Below are positions 38,811 to 51,949 of a DNA stretch of 64,000 nucleotides, piece after piece. The notes below the pieces were generated by a model. That model was not told where the DNA came from and searched no databases. It saw only the letters and a list, made by a program, of their open reading frames with translations. Where the stretch lies: contig NC_043000.1 of assembly GCF_006345805.1 (NCBI RefSeq), positions 95,418,001 to 95,482,000 of the forward strand, in the 5' to 3' direction. This DNA comes from Octopus sinensis (Eukaryota). The position numbers were made by a program, and so were the translations under genes. Each line of letters begins with the position of its first letter. Within the stretch, counting starts at the first letter, position 1.

Positions 38811-38974
38811 AAACTTTGACTATAGACGCTTGTGCTTCTTTTGTGATCCCTCTGAAAAACAGTACCAAGGTTTTTCTGTATTTCAAAAATTGCCAAATTT
38901 TACTTCTCAACACCGTTAGCCTTCTGAAATTTCATCACTATTTATGATTCTTGCTTCCTTACAACAAATCTAGC

Positions 38975-39375
38975 ATAGTGGTTTTGTTAAGAAGTTCGTT
39001 TCACAGTCATGTAGTTTCGTGTTCAGTCCTACTGCACTGCACCGTAGAAGTGTTTTCTACTACAGCCCTGGACCGAATAAAGGTTTGTGGGTGAATTTTG
39101 TAGACAGAGACTGTGAGAAACTTGTCAAATATAGCCTTCTGTACAAATATGTGTGTGCGCGCGTGCGAGCGTGTGTGAGTCTTTACGGTTGTGTCGTCAT
39201 CGCTTGGCAACCGGGATTGAATTGTTTACGACCCGTAAATTAGCAGTTCGGCAAAAAGGGGCTAATAAATAAGTACCAGACATAAAAAGAAAAAGTACTG
39301 GGTCGATTTGTTCGACCCACCGTACCAGACGGTACTTCAGTATGGCCACAGTCCAACAACTGAAATGAATAAAAA
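38975..39375 (+). mobile_element. Diverged family A SINE
   Basis: Recognisable central domain and tail. Confidence 0.7.
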
Positions 39376-40448
39376 AAGCATGAGTAAAAATGTATAATAC
39401 TATTTCTACTATTTCTACCACAGAAATTGGTGATTTTCAATATACTTTCTAACCGACTTCCTCTTAAATTTGGTGTTATGCTGATAACTCTTAATGATGC
39501 TAAATAGTTTTAAAATAAAGACGAATTTTAAAAGACTAACAGTAAATAGAGTCATCGTATCATAAATGTTAAGTTCTTGAAATGTGTACAGTGAATTCAT
39601 CTGATGACCTAAGGACAGCTCATTAAATTTCTTTATTCACTATACGGTTTTACACAGAGGGGACATTACAACACATTGGGGACACAAAACATCAAAAAAA
39701 TAGTCGTATGATAGGATGGGGAAAAGGGTGATAAATGAGAGGTGAAAGTGATGTTAACTGCCCCATCACTCAACATCACTTACTTGTCCTTTTTCCTATT
39801 TCACTGCAAAATCCCCAAAATCCCCAAAATTTAACCCGTATATTTTCCGGAGTTCATCTATCTTTTTCTATACTAATCTTCCCCTAATCAACACGTATAC
39901 ATCACCAAGTTCATTTTTAAGTTCTTTCACTTGCCCTTCTGACAATACAACTTCCATTTCTTCATCCCATCTATCTGGCATTTCTACTTTTCCCCAGTCC
40001 TTTAACCTTTCATGTAAATGCTCACTGTCTATTATCCCAATACAATATTCTTCAGGACGGGGTTTTTGAGTTATCATTTGTGTGCATGTTTTCTGTTTTC
40101 TTGTTGTTGGGGAGTGGGTGGGTTTGGTGTCTGCGGGGACAGGGTGGGCCAATCCTAACGACAGCTCATTATTTGAATGATACATTCCACTAGCTTTACG
40201 TACGTGATACTTAAGACAGGTTTAGCTCTTCAATTTTGAATCGATAACTACACGGAAATTTGTACCCAGACTAATTAGAAGAGCTTCCGGTTTGTCAAAC
40301 ATTTACCTCGCCAGTAAGTTTTCGTGAAATCTTGGTCAGTGTCAATGTTTTAAACAGAAATGCTTATCGTGCAGCAAGAAAATATATTTACTCTGAATTA
40401 AAATAATTACAAAACCAATCGAGCTAAGTTCTTTTTTTTTAACTCGAC

Positions 40449-40805
40449 ATGGCTGTGTAGTGAGGAAGCTCGGTGCAACCATGTGCTTTCGAGTTCAGCC
40501 CCACAATGCGGTTTCTTGGGCAAATGTCTTCTATTATAGCCTCGAGCCAGCACAGTAACCTAGTGATAAACAAAAGCTGTGGAAGCCTGTTGTATATATA
40601 TGCATATGTGGATGTAATGCCTTTGTGCTTGTGTTTGTCCCCCTCACACCGCTTTACAAACGATGTTCGTTTATTTACGTCCTTGTAATTTATCGGTTCG
40701 GCAATAGAGATATTTAATAAGTACTGGGGTCGATTTGTTCGACTAACCTATTGACGGTAGTACCCCGGCGTGGCCGCAGTCCAATGACGGTAACAGGTAA
40801 CAGAT
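40449..40805 (+). mobile_element. Family A SINE
   Basis: Head, central domain and tail homology. Confidence 0.8.
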
Positions 40806-41159
40806 AAAATATATCTCTTATACTGCTTCTGTTGGTATGGTTCCTGTTGGTGAACAGACCATTCCAACAATGGAATCAATTCTACATTGATTGAACAGAC
40901 CATTCAAACCGTGCTGCCCCGTTCTAATTTTATGCACAGAATCAAGACCGCGTTATCCTGCTTGTCCTTTTCTGAGATAGAAGGATGTAATTTGAGTGGA
41001 ATTTAGCTGCTATTCCAAGCAGACAAGCATCTACTTATAGTTTCCCGTGCTTATGGTGGTAGTTGTTTGCCTCCAATATCGCGATTAGGAATTACACTAT
41101 CCACAACTCTGTTAGTTGCTGTTGAGCTTAGGCTAGTCTTTTTCTCTATATCTGCAATT

Positions 41160-42480
41160 TGAACATTTTATTATTGAGAAAAGAGTTAGCACGCCGGGCA
41201 AATTGCTTAGTAGTTTTTCGCCGTCTTTACGTTCTGAGTTCAAACTCCACCGAGATTGACTTTGTCTTTCATTCTTTTTGGGGTCCATAAAATAAGTATC
41301 AATTAAGCACTGGCGTTGATGTAATCGATTTACCCCATTCCCCGAACTTGCTGGCCTTGTGCCAAAATTTGAAACCAATATTAAGAAGAGTCGAAGGCGG
41401 CGAGGTGGCAGAATTGTTAGCGCGCCAAGTAAAATGCTTAGCGGCATTTCGTTCGTCTTTACGTTCTAAGTTCAAAATACGCTGAGGTCGACTTTGCTTT
41501 TCATTCTCACAGTGTCGATAAAATAAATACCGAAATTCCTGACCTTGTACTAAAATGTGAAATCACTATTAAGAATAGACTTTCGAGACTTTCGAGATAA
41601 ATTTTAGTTGTGTCCCACATTTTTTCCATCCAAGGGTTAATATTTATTTTTAATTTTTATGATGTAACCTGCTTCCTTTCATTCTTTTGGAACCGATAAA
41701 ATAAGGATCACTTGAGCAATTGGGCCGATCAATTATCCACCTTTCCCAAAATTTTTCTTGAGCCTATAGTAAAAAGAATTATTTGCAATTTTAAGAGTGG
41801 TGAACTGGCAAAACCTATAGAGCGTTGGACAAATTCCTTTGCGGTATTTCTTTCAGCTCTTTATGGTCCGGGTTCAAATACCGCTGACGTCAATTTTACC
41901 TTTGTTTTTTGTTGTTTTTTTTTCGAAGGCGATAAAAGTATCAGTCAAGTGCTGGGGAGGGGATCGATCTAACCAACTAAACACACACATACACACATAC
42001 ACACTCACTCACTAAGACTGCTGGACTTGTGCCAAAATTTGAAGCAATTAAAAGCAGCGAGCTAGTAGAACCGTTACATTCTTAGATCAATTTCTACGGA
42101 GGACAACTTTGCATTTCGTCCTCTCTGGGACGATAAAATAAAGTACCAGTCAAGCACTGGAGTTGGTGCAATCAACTAGCTCACTCCCCTTAATGTTGCT
42201 ATCCTTGACCTTGTGCTAAAATTTGAAACTAACATTAAGTTGACGAACTAGCAGACTCACTTGGGAATCAGACAAAATACTTGTCGGCATTTCTTCCAAC
42301 TCGTTTCGGTTTGAGTTCAAATCCAGCCGCGCTCAACTCTCCTTAACATTACTGACTTCGTGCCAAAATTTAAATTTATTGTTAAGGGGACAAACTGGCA
42401 GAATCACTGGAGCAACGGGCAAATTGCTTATCAGAATTTCTTCTAGCTCTTTACATTCTGAGTAAACCACAAACTGCTAT
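41160..42480 (+). repeat. Head-to-tail array of about seven diverged family B units
   Basis: Recurrent TGGCAGAAT.GTTAG, GAGTTCAAA and CCTTGTGCCAAAATTTGAAAC motifs. Confidence 0.8.
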
Positions 42481-43098
42481 TCATATCTGTCTACACTTGA
42501 GACTTTCTCTACAAATTTATTATCGCACTGTGCTGCAAATATTTGGCATTTGCTATTACAAGATAACTTCTTGATGTATTGATATGCGAGGATAAGAAAC
42601 TCATCCGCTCCTTAATAACAGCGGTGGTGCATTATATGTTTATGTATGTCGACATTAACTTCAGTAACGAAAATAACAGTTACTGCGATAGAAATAGATA
42701 TAGTGGTAACATTTGTAACAACAGCAACGGCAGTAATGATAGCAACAACAAAATAAATTAAGCAATGCTAGTGACAAACTACAATATCAATGACGGCAAT
42801 AATTAAGTGGTGGTACAATAAACAAGTTGAAAAAAAAATCACCAGATTCCAGCTATGGAGTCAATAACAAGAATAGCAGCAGCAGCGGTGATGACAACAA
42901 TAAGAGACGTAGAAGCGGGAGAAATAAAACGACAATAGCAAAAGTCAACAATGGAAAGCGAAAATGTTAATGCCAGCGTCTAGAAAGGGTCGTTGACCTG
43001 AGCTGCGAAAGTGAGACAGAAAAGACCTAAGATTAATCTGCTATAAATGGAGACCAGGCGTTTGTCAAAACCATACATACATACATACATACATGCAG

Positions 43099-43498
43099 AA
43101 GTGGCAGTGTGGTAAAGAAATTTGCCTCCCAACCACATGGTTCTGGGTTCAGTCCCACTGCATAGCACCTTGGGCAAATGTCTTCTACTATAGCCTCGAG
43201 CCAACCAAAGCCTTGTGAGTGGATTTGATAGATGGAAACTGAAACTCGTCGTATATATATGCATATGTCTATGAGTGTGTGTCCCTTGTGTCTGTGTTTG
43301 TCCCCCACCACCGCTTGACAACCGGTGTTGGTTTGTTCTCATCCCTATAATGTACCAGTTCGACAAAAGAGACCGATAGGATAAGTATTGGGTTTTTAAA
43401 ATGTTCTGTGTCGATTTACCCAACTAAAACCCTTCAAAGTGGTGTCCCAGCATGGCTGCAGTCAAATGAGTGAAACTAGTAAAAGAAAAAAGATAAAG
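43099..43498 (+). mobile_element. Family A SINE
   Basis: Full-length copy. Confidence 0.88.
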
Positions 43499-43604
43499 GA
43501 TCCATACGTACATCTGCATACATACATTTATATACATACACACATTCATATATATGTACTTTGTATCATAAGATGTATATAAAATGTTTTATTATCAATA
43601 TCAA

Positions 43605-43644
<40 letters not shown>

Positions 43645-43819
43645 TAGTGTTGTAATTTGGGACGGTCAATTTGAGGCCTTAGTTAAATTCAAAGGATTCA
43701 TTTGTATAATTATTCTATTAACCAAAATCACAAAGTCGATATGTAGATAGACAAAGAACACGTTTCATCAACAACATCATAGTTATCCTCTTTGTGATTT
43801 TAGTTAATAGAATAACTAT

Positions 43820-43869
<50 letters not shown>

Positions 43870-43871
43870 CA

Positions 43872-43949
<78 letters not shown>

Positions 43950-44155
43950 TATATATATATGCATATATAATATGCATATATACAAATAAATGAAAGAATG
44001 GAGTTGAACGACGAATTAACAAAATTCACGTCAGAAAAACACGGTTGAAGCTACATGCCTAGGGCAGAGATCACGTGCTATCGTGTGGAAATTTGTGTCT
44101 TTTTTTAAATACAAATAAATGAAAGAATAGAGTTGAACGACGAATTAACAAAATT

Positions 44156-44250
44156 CCTTCATTTTCGACATATGTTTCGAAGGCTGCATCTTCCTAATTT
44201 CGAAGGAATAAGGGGTGCATTATGCCGCCTTCTCATCAGGAAAAACAAGG
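44156..44250 (-). ncRNA. Type I hammerhead ribozyme, canonical
   Basis: TTTTC CTGATGA GAAGGCGGCAT...ATGCAGCCTTC GAAA CATATG T C GAAAA: palindromic ACATATGT stem III, GTC cleavage triplet at 44167. Confidence 0.9.
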
Positions 44251-44321
44251 AACTTATGTCAGCATCAAGATGCACAAAAACTTTTAGATGACTGCCCACA
44301 CGGAGCCCATATAAATATATA

Positions 44322-44848
44322 TATGCATAGAAATTCGGGGTGAGTACTTGATAATTATAAGCACCTGTGTATACCGTTTGGTGGTGTAGGTGGTGGAGTA
44401 AATTGATCAAAATAAAAACATGATGCGAAGGATTCAGCGGTACATATGTATATTCAGCCCATTGTATATATGCATATATATATAACAATGCATAATGTAT
44501 GTCTGTGGCCTTCTTCAGCCGCGCACAACAGCTTCCACAAGGACATGTGTTACATCAAAAATTCTTGGTTGGGGATGCAAATCCTCTCATTCGCGTACGA
44601 CATAATGCGGCAGCAGCATAGAATTGAAGCGTCCATCTCTTTCTTCTCTCTGCGCGGCTGAAGAAGGCCACAGACATACATTATGCATTGTTATAAATCT
44701 ACTAATAAAGGCCCGAAACATATGTACCGCTGAATCCTTCGCATCATGTTTTTATTTTGATCAATTTACTCCACCACCTACACCACCAAACGGTATACAC
44801 AGGTGCTTATAATTATCAAGTACTCACCCCGAATTTCTATGCATATAT
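44322..44848. repeat. Inverted pLTR-like pair with about 120-bp spacer
   Basis: 44322-44449 pairs with 44718-44848; 44487-44525 pairs with 44651-44693. Confidence 0.88.
44654..44730 (+). ncRNA. Type I hammerhead ribozyme
   Basis: GCGG CTGAAGA A GGCC...GGCC C GAAA CATATG T A CCGC. The mirror copy at 44437-44521 has a corrupted GAAA. Confidence 0.75.
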
Positions 44849-44982
44849 ATATTATATATATATATATAATATATTGATATATATATATATATAAATATAT
44901 AATATATATATGCATATATATATATATATATATTTATATAATATAATATATATATATATAGATATATATATATATATATAAT

Positions 44983-45014
<32 letters not shown>

Positions 45015-45179
45015 ATATATATGCATATATATATATATATATATTATTTATATTATTATTTGATTGAACGCCACGCATCCATTTCCAAGTAAGTTTATCT
45101 TTATTTTTTTGATGCGACCCTAGTCTAAATTTTTTTCCCTCATCCTTTCTCTAATTCCCTTTTTCCCTCCCCTTCACCG

Positions 45180-45213
45180 TTTTCTCTCTCTCTCTCTCTC
45201 TCCCTCTTTCTTC

Positions 45214-45285
<72 letters not shown>
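45180..45285. repeat. (CT)n microsatellite
   Basis: Direct reading. Confidence 0.95.
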
Positions 45286-45287
<2 letters not shown>

Positions 45288-45582
45288 GCCTACTCGAGTT
45301 CAGCAAAAATTTAGATTCAAATGAATATGGATATCTTAGTCAGCCAGTGGAAGGACTTCACTACCTCATATGTTCTTAAAATTTAAATCCACATCTTTCT
45401 ATATCTACCTTCTCTATAACGTTGCCACTTGATTTGAAATTTTTTGTATTAATGGAAAACCTCTATAATTGGCTGTGAGTACTCAGCATCTTAAATCTGT
45501 TGTAATACTTACAACATTTAATAAAATGATGTAATACGAAACGATCGTACCAAATTACCGGAGTCATTCTTGTTGCTTATTT

Positions 45583-45599
<17 letters not shown>

Positions 45600-45617
<18 letters not shown>

Positions 45618-45805
45618 CACATGTACATCGTTGGCGATTTTCTATCTCCGTCTTCCCTTTCTTGGACCTTTCCTTTTTCTATGTTTCTGACGAAGAGCTC
45701 CGCTCGGAAGGTTAAATCCTCCCTCTTTCTTTCCTTTCCTGAGCGTCCAATAACACTATATTTGTTCCACATCCTCGCGTTGTTGTGTTTTCTCTTGTTC
45801 ATGTA
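45600..45805 (+). repeat. pLTR-like repeat with decayed hammerhead
   Basis: GTTT CTGACGA A GAGC tcc GCTC GGAAGGTT AAAT at 45683-45717; GAAAC is mutated. Confidence 0.5.
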
Positions 45806-45810
45806 TGAAT

Positions 45811-45884
<74 letters not shown>

Positions 45885-45908
45885 ATATACGCGTTCACCT
45901 ATATATGC

Positions 45909-45947
<39 letters not shown>

Positions 45948-45987
45948 TATGTAGATATACATACATACATACATACATACATACATA

Positions 45988-46019
<32 letters not shown>

Positions 46020-46379
46020 GCATACATACATAAACACATAAATAGTAAAACATGACATATATTTCGTGATTACATATAAGTTTTGTCTTTCTTCAATATT
46101 TATTGGACATATATAACGTCTGAAGTTCTTTTGTTTGGAGTTATTAATATTATTTTTTTATTTTATTTTTTTATTTGTTGGGTTGTTGCAATCTTATTTG
46201 CTCTATCATAAAAATGAGGTACAGGCTATAATAATCTATTTAACGAAAATTCTGAAATCAAGAATTAGAAGTCTTCTCAGAAATCTTTCGAAGATGTCTT
46301 TAATCAAAAATATTCGAAAATTTAGTCTCTTGCTATCCAGTTTCTTCTTTTCCTCTCTGATTGTTCGTCAGCTTGTTTT

Positions 46380-46380
46380 G

Positions 46381-46455
<75 letters not shown>
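46380..46455. repeat. Compound (ATT)n(AGT)n microsatellite
   Basis: Direct reading. Confidence 0.9.
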
Positions 46456-47274
46456 TCGGTGTAATTGTTGTCATCGTCGTCGTGGTCATCGTTGTTGCTG
46501 TAGTTTATTTTGTTATTTTTATTATGTCGGTTTTCTGTGCGTTTTCTGTCCGCTCTTTGTGTTTAAGAAAGAAAAGAAATGTATAGAAAATTAAAGAAAG
46601 CAAAAAAAAGAATGATCATTGGAAATCCAAAACGAAAGAAAGAAAGAGTCAAAGAGAGTCACAAAATAGATAATCCATGCAGAATAATATTTCTCTTACG
46701 GAGAGTATGAAATGAGATTTCTTACATATTCACACAGCCATATATATAAGAGAAGTAAAGACGAGATTGTAAGAGTGGTGCAAAACCTACGTATCTCTCA
46801 ACTAGAATAATCTTCTGCTTTCAACTGGAATAGACTTCAACGCATTTTTTTTTCCTATTACACATGATACCACTTTACTAACAGATAAGAGCACCGAACT
46901 GTGTTGTAAACGATTCTGTCTCAGACAAAATGTGAATCATCAAATGAAAAGCAGACATTCACCTATCGTTTAATTTAACAGTTGAATGAAACGTCTAGCT
47001 ATGCTTTGAAATGTTTGCTAAAACTAGCAGCCAAATATCTTTACAAATCAAACACTATTAAGTTATTCACACGAAAGTTAGGCCAAAATACGTGGTATGT
47101 TCTCCTGGTAATTTACCATTAAAGGGGAGATAATCTCTCCTAGATTAAACTAAATTTAAACATTTACATCGAAGAATAAAGAGCTAATTGTTTAAGGTAC
47201 CTATGTAGTCGTGAGCAAATATAGGCACCCCCTCAGCCTTCTAATTTTTTAATATGCTGGAGAGAGGGGGAGCG

Positions 47275-47360
47275 AGAGAGGAAAAGACGGGGAGAGAGAG
47301 GAAAAGACGGGGAGAGAGAAGAAAAGACGGGGAGAGAGAGGAAAAGAGGAGGAGAGAGAG
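47275..47360. repeat. 20-bp tandem repeat, about 4 copies (GAGAGAGAGGAAAAGACGGG)
   Basis: Direct reading. Confidence 0.85.
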
Positions 47361-47384
47361 ATAGCCGCGCCAACACCCTATTGT

Positions 47385-47797
47385 TATCCATTTACAGCTG
47401 TGTAGGCTAAAACAACATGAAATGAACTGCCGTCCTCAAACACATTGCACCACTCGATCCAGGAATCGAACCCACGACCTAATGATAACGAACCGAACCA
47501 CTAAGCCACACGCCTTCACACTTGGACATTACAAAAAATAAAAGTGAACACACAAAAAAAAACATACACACACACATATATGTATATACGACACACACAC
47601 ATATGTATACACGACACACATACATATATGTATATACGACAGGCTTCCTTCAGTTTCCGTCCACCAAATCCATCCACAAGGCTTTGGTCGGCCAGAGCTA
47701 TAGTAAAAGACACTTTCCCAAAGTACCACGCAGGAGGACTGATCCCGAAACCGTGTGGTTAGGAAGCAAACTTCTTACCACACAGCCACTCCTGCGC
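47385..47797 (-). mobile_element. SINE head fragment (47385-47518) plus 5' half of a family A SINE (47570-47797)
   Basis: tRNA-head and central domain homology. Confidence 0.75.
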
Positions 47798-49085
47798 CTT
47801 TATGAGGAAGTTTTTACTGCATTTTCTAGCAGGTCAAACAACCACGTTGTTTCGTCGTTGGTTCTTCGGTCTTTAAGCCGTTCGTATCTTCTTTTCATCT
47901 TAATCAATTATAAAGAGAAGCATAGAAGAAATGTCCTGCGTGAATTATTAGTTTCCTTTGTAACCAATGGTGATATTTCCACTCAAAACATGATGTACAT
48001 TGTCGACGATTCTAAGAAATTGCTTTCGTAATTGTAATATTAGGGAAATAGATTTTCACTGAAGTTCTTTTCTCACCAAAAGTGATGTAAATTGTCCCCA
48101 AGACAATAATAAATATGAACTGTAAGATAATTGAGGAGAAAAGATATTTTTCCATCATCATGCCAAATGCCTTATTTTGCTAAATAGAATACTTTGACTG
48201 CATTTAACAAACATCTTTGATTCTAACATTTCTCGTCTATGGACTTTAATTATCTTTCTCATGTCTTTGTTAGCCTTGTTTTCAATTTATTTGGTACATT
48301 TATCATCGTTCAAACCCCGTTCCCAACATTTTCCCTTTCACCTAAGTTTGTCATTTCTCATCTGCAACCCAAACTACAAAATTCAAAATACGCTTGCTTA
48401 TGTCTCTTATTATTTTTTATCATTTCTTAGGAGAATTTTTCTTTATCATAAATAATAACTTTCGGCTTGTTTTTCTGCCTTATTAGGCAGAAGGTCGATA
48501 AAATCTCATTTCTGCTCAAATGATATCGGTAGGAAAGTAACGGAGTAAAACCATTTCCACCATAAACAGTTTCATCTGCTTTATCTTGTTTTAGAAAAGA
48601 TGATGGTTTGGCAAACAGGCAAACAGGCAAAAATGCAAGCATGCATACATACATACATACATACATACATACATACATACATACATACATACATACATAA
48701 TACACATACATACATACATACATACATACATACATCGTTCGTACAAATGCACACATTCACTCTTACGCACAAGACTATATATATGCAGATAGATAGGAAG
48801 GTTGGTAAATAGATAGGTAGACAGGCAGACAGGGGGACATGCAGACAAGCAGACAGGCAGGCAATCAGGCAGACGAATTGGTTGATTGCTGGAAGAGTGA
48901 ATGGATAGATAAATAAATGAAGGAACGGATGGTAGATTGATAGACGGATTAATAGTTCAATGTTGAAGTGTGTAGATAAATATAGGGAGATTACGAAGCA
49001 CGTCTATTCAAATAACAACATAAAAGCGCTTCAATGTAGATATTTAAGTATATATATATATATATATATAATATATATATATATA

Positions 49086-49140
<55 letters not shown>

Positions 49141-49659
49141 AAATATTCATGCATATATATGTATGTATATTTATATATGCACACGTCTTTTCAACGAAAA
49201 GGTAAATGAGTAAAGCAATTTCGTTTCCTTTTACAATCCAAAGGTGACAGATGGCTTACAGAATGCCTATCTATAAACATTCGACTAAACCAATGTAGCA
49301 GTAGTACTTTCGAATTCTGTTTGAAAAAGATAAGAAGAGGAAGCGGGATTTGAATAGTCAAAATGAAAGCAAACTTCAGTACATAGCATTTCCGATGTTG
49401 GAAATGAGACAAAAACTAAGTTGGCTGTCACGAGACTATAGTCAGGCCACCACCTCGTTTCCGGTTTTGAAAAGATAGTCAGAGAGAAGGAGAGAGAGAG
49501 AGACAAAGAGACAGAGACAGATACATACATCCATCCATCCATCCATCCATCCATACATACATACATACATACATACATACATACATACATACATACATAC
49601 TACATACATACATATATGCATGCATACATACATGCATACAAAGCTGGAAGAGATACAGC

Positions 49660-49890
49660 TAAGCATTTTGTCCGGCGAGCTAACCGTCCTGTCAGTGGAC
49701 CACGGGCCTGAAATTTGTGGAACGGTCGATTACATTGACTCCAGTACTTCAATCCTACTTTATTTTATTGACCCTGTAAAGATGGAAAATAATGTTGACC
49801 ACAGCAGCATTTGAGCTCAGAAGATAAAGAGTTGAAACAAAGGCTGCAAAGCAATTTTTTACGACAATCTAATCATTCCGTCAGCCCACC
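49660..49890 (-). mobile_element. Diverged family B unit(s)
   Basis: Shared family B motifs. Confidence 0.6.
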
Positions 49891-50869
49891 GACTTTGATT
49901 AACATATAATAATGAGACTCATGCCATAAGAATTTATAAACCTTGGGGAATGTGGAATAGTTTTTTTTATGTTTGCTTTTTTAATGGTGTATCTCGAAGC
50001 ACATTGAGCTATAAACATATGTAACCTTTGGACAGAAAAGTCGAACATCGCCCATGGAACACGAACCCACTCGAGCAGCTTTCGAATTTTTCTATCCATA
50101 AGGGGTTTTACACCAAAATTTACATACAATAATTTATAGCTTTATCTGCTTCGAGTTTCACTCCCCAAAAAAAAGGATAATAATGCGGATTCAGATTTTC
50201 ATGAAAGAGCACTCTTCAGACAATACAAATACGTGCAAGCATGCTTGTGTGTGCGAGCGTTTGCGTATGTATTTGCATTCGTGTGTGTCGGTTTGTGCGT
50301 GTATGTAATGTATGTACATACATTAAGAAACAGTGTGGACTATGTTACCATTCTTGATGCCAATCTGTATTTTCCTTACATTTCTTTGAAATATTAAAAT
50401 TGCCAGATCATGGATTTATTCTTCTGCTTTTTTCAATAAGTATGTCTTGGGGGTGTATTGTAACTACATAACAAGAAAACATACAATCATACATGGGATT
50501 ATACTTATTTCTTTAAACGTTAGGATTTAGTTGTCTCGTCTCTTTTTCTTTTCGTTTTATATGTTTGTCTCTCCGGCAGGTAAAATTCGCAAAGATAAGA
50601 CTACGCTGTCTGTCTTTATCTAAAATTAAACGATGTCGTCTGTCAGCCGTTAACTTATTCCATTAAATCGGACGACGCGTCGATATTGAGAAAAACAAGA
50701 CAAAACAATAATGTCAGTGAGAATATACTCGCCAGTCAACACTTACTAGTCAGACAATCTTAAAACAATTCGTCAAATATGAAACAGAGGGGGAAAATAC
50801 TGTACAAGCTAAGCATACAGTCCTTACCCAGAACGTCTAACATCAGGAATTTTTCCCGTTTTTCTTTTA

Positions 50870-51089
50870 TTTTTTTCTTTTACTTGTTTCAGTCATTAAA
50901 TTGCGACCATGCTGAGGCACCGCCTTGAAGAATTTGTTTTTAGCCGAATGAAATATTTATTTTTTAAGTCTGCTTCTCATTCTATCCGTCTCTTTGCCCA
51001 ACCACTAGATAACGGGGACGTAAACACACCAACACCAGTTTTCAAGCGGGGTGGGGAACAAACACATTCACACACACATATATACATAC

Positions 51090-51135
<46 letters not shown>

Positions 51136-51298
51136 TGACGGGCTTCTTTCAGTTTCCGTCTATCAAATCCACTCACAAGGCTTTGGTCGGCCCTAAGCTA
51201 TAGTAGAAGACACTAGCTCAAAGTACCACGCAGTGGAACTGAACCCGGAACCATGTGGTTAGGAAGCAAACTTCTAACCACACAACCACACCTGCGCC
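50870..51298 (-). mobile_element. Family A SINE
   Basis: Full-length copy with internal (TA)n. Confidence 0.88.
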
Positions 51299-51949
51299 TT
51301 GTGCATAATTTTTTTTCTGCAACTGTCTCGTAGTAACCTTTCAAAAATGAATGTTAACCAAGCCAAATTCACCAGTCTCAGAGAGCCAAAAGCCATATGC
51401 ACAGTCTCTTCCCCAAGACCAGACTCTTTCTTCCTCCTCCCACAAAAACATTATGTTAATGTACAGAGTGGCAGTTAACCGAAAAGTATGTTTAGTCGTA
51501 AACAAGAAAAGGGCGTCAATACTTCCCAGTTCCATGACCAATACCTTCAGTTTGTAGCAAGAATATTGACAGAGTTCAAAACACCAACTCACAGCCTTTG
51601 AATTGAACTCGAAGTCACTGTGTTCAGACGGGGAAGTATTTATAAACGAGGAAGTAGTTGTAAGCACCAATTAAGATCTTGTCTGGTACTTATGACGTCA
51701 GCAAGCAACTAAGCATTCAGATCCTTGGAAAAACACATTCGGAACTTGTTTTTATCAATAGCTGGCTAGAGTTGTAAACAACTTAATCATTTTTAGGATA
51801 TACAGGATATACAATAAACTGGAATGTCATTAACGATTTTGCCTTTGGCGCCTTGACACTGAGTACATATAAATATATATATATATATTATGTATGCATG
51901 TACGTGTGTGTGTGGTGTGTGTGTGTAAATATATATATGCAAGCCATAT

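Noticed and set aside
39575-39620. Possible type II hammerhead (GAAA...CTGATGA)
   Set aside because: Stems too weak.
50540-50760. Polypyrimidine tract plus CAG, a possible splice acceptor
   Set aside because: No ORF or clear donor; cannot be supported without transcripts.
51341-51670. 109-aa minus-strand ORF in higher-complexity sequence
   Set aside because: No recognisable family motif.
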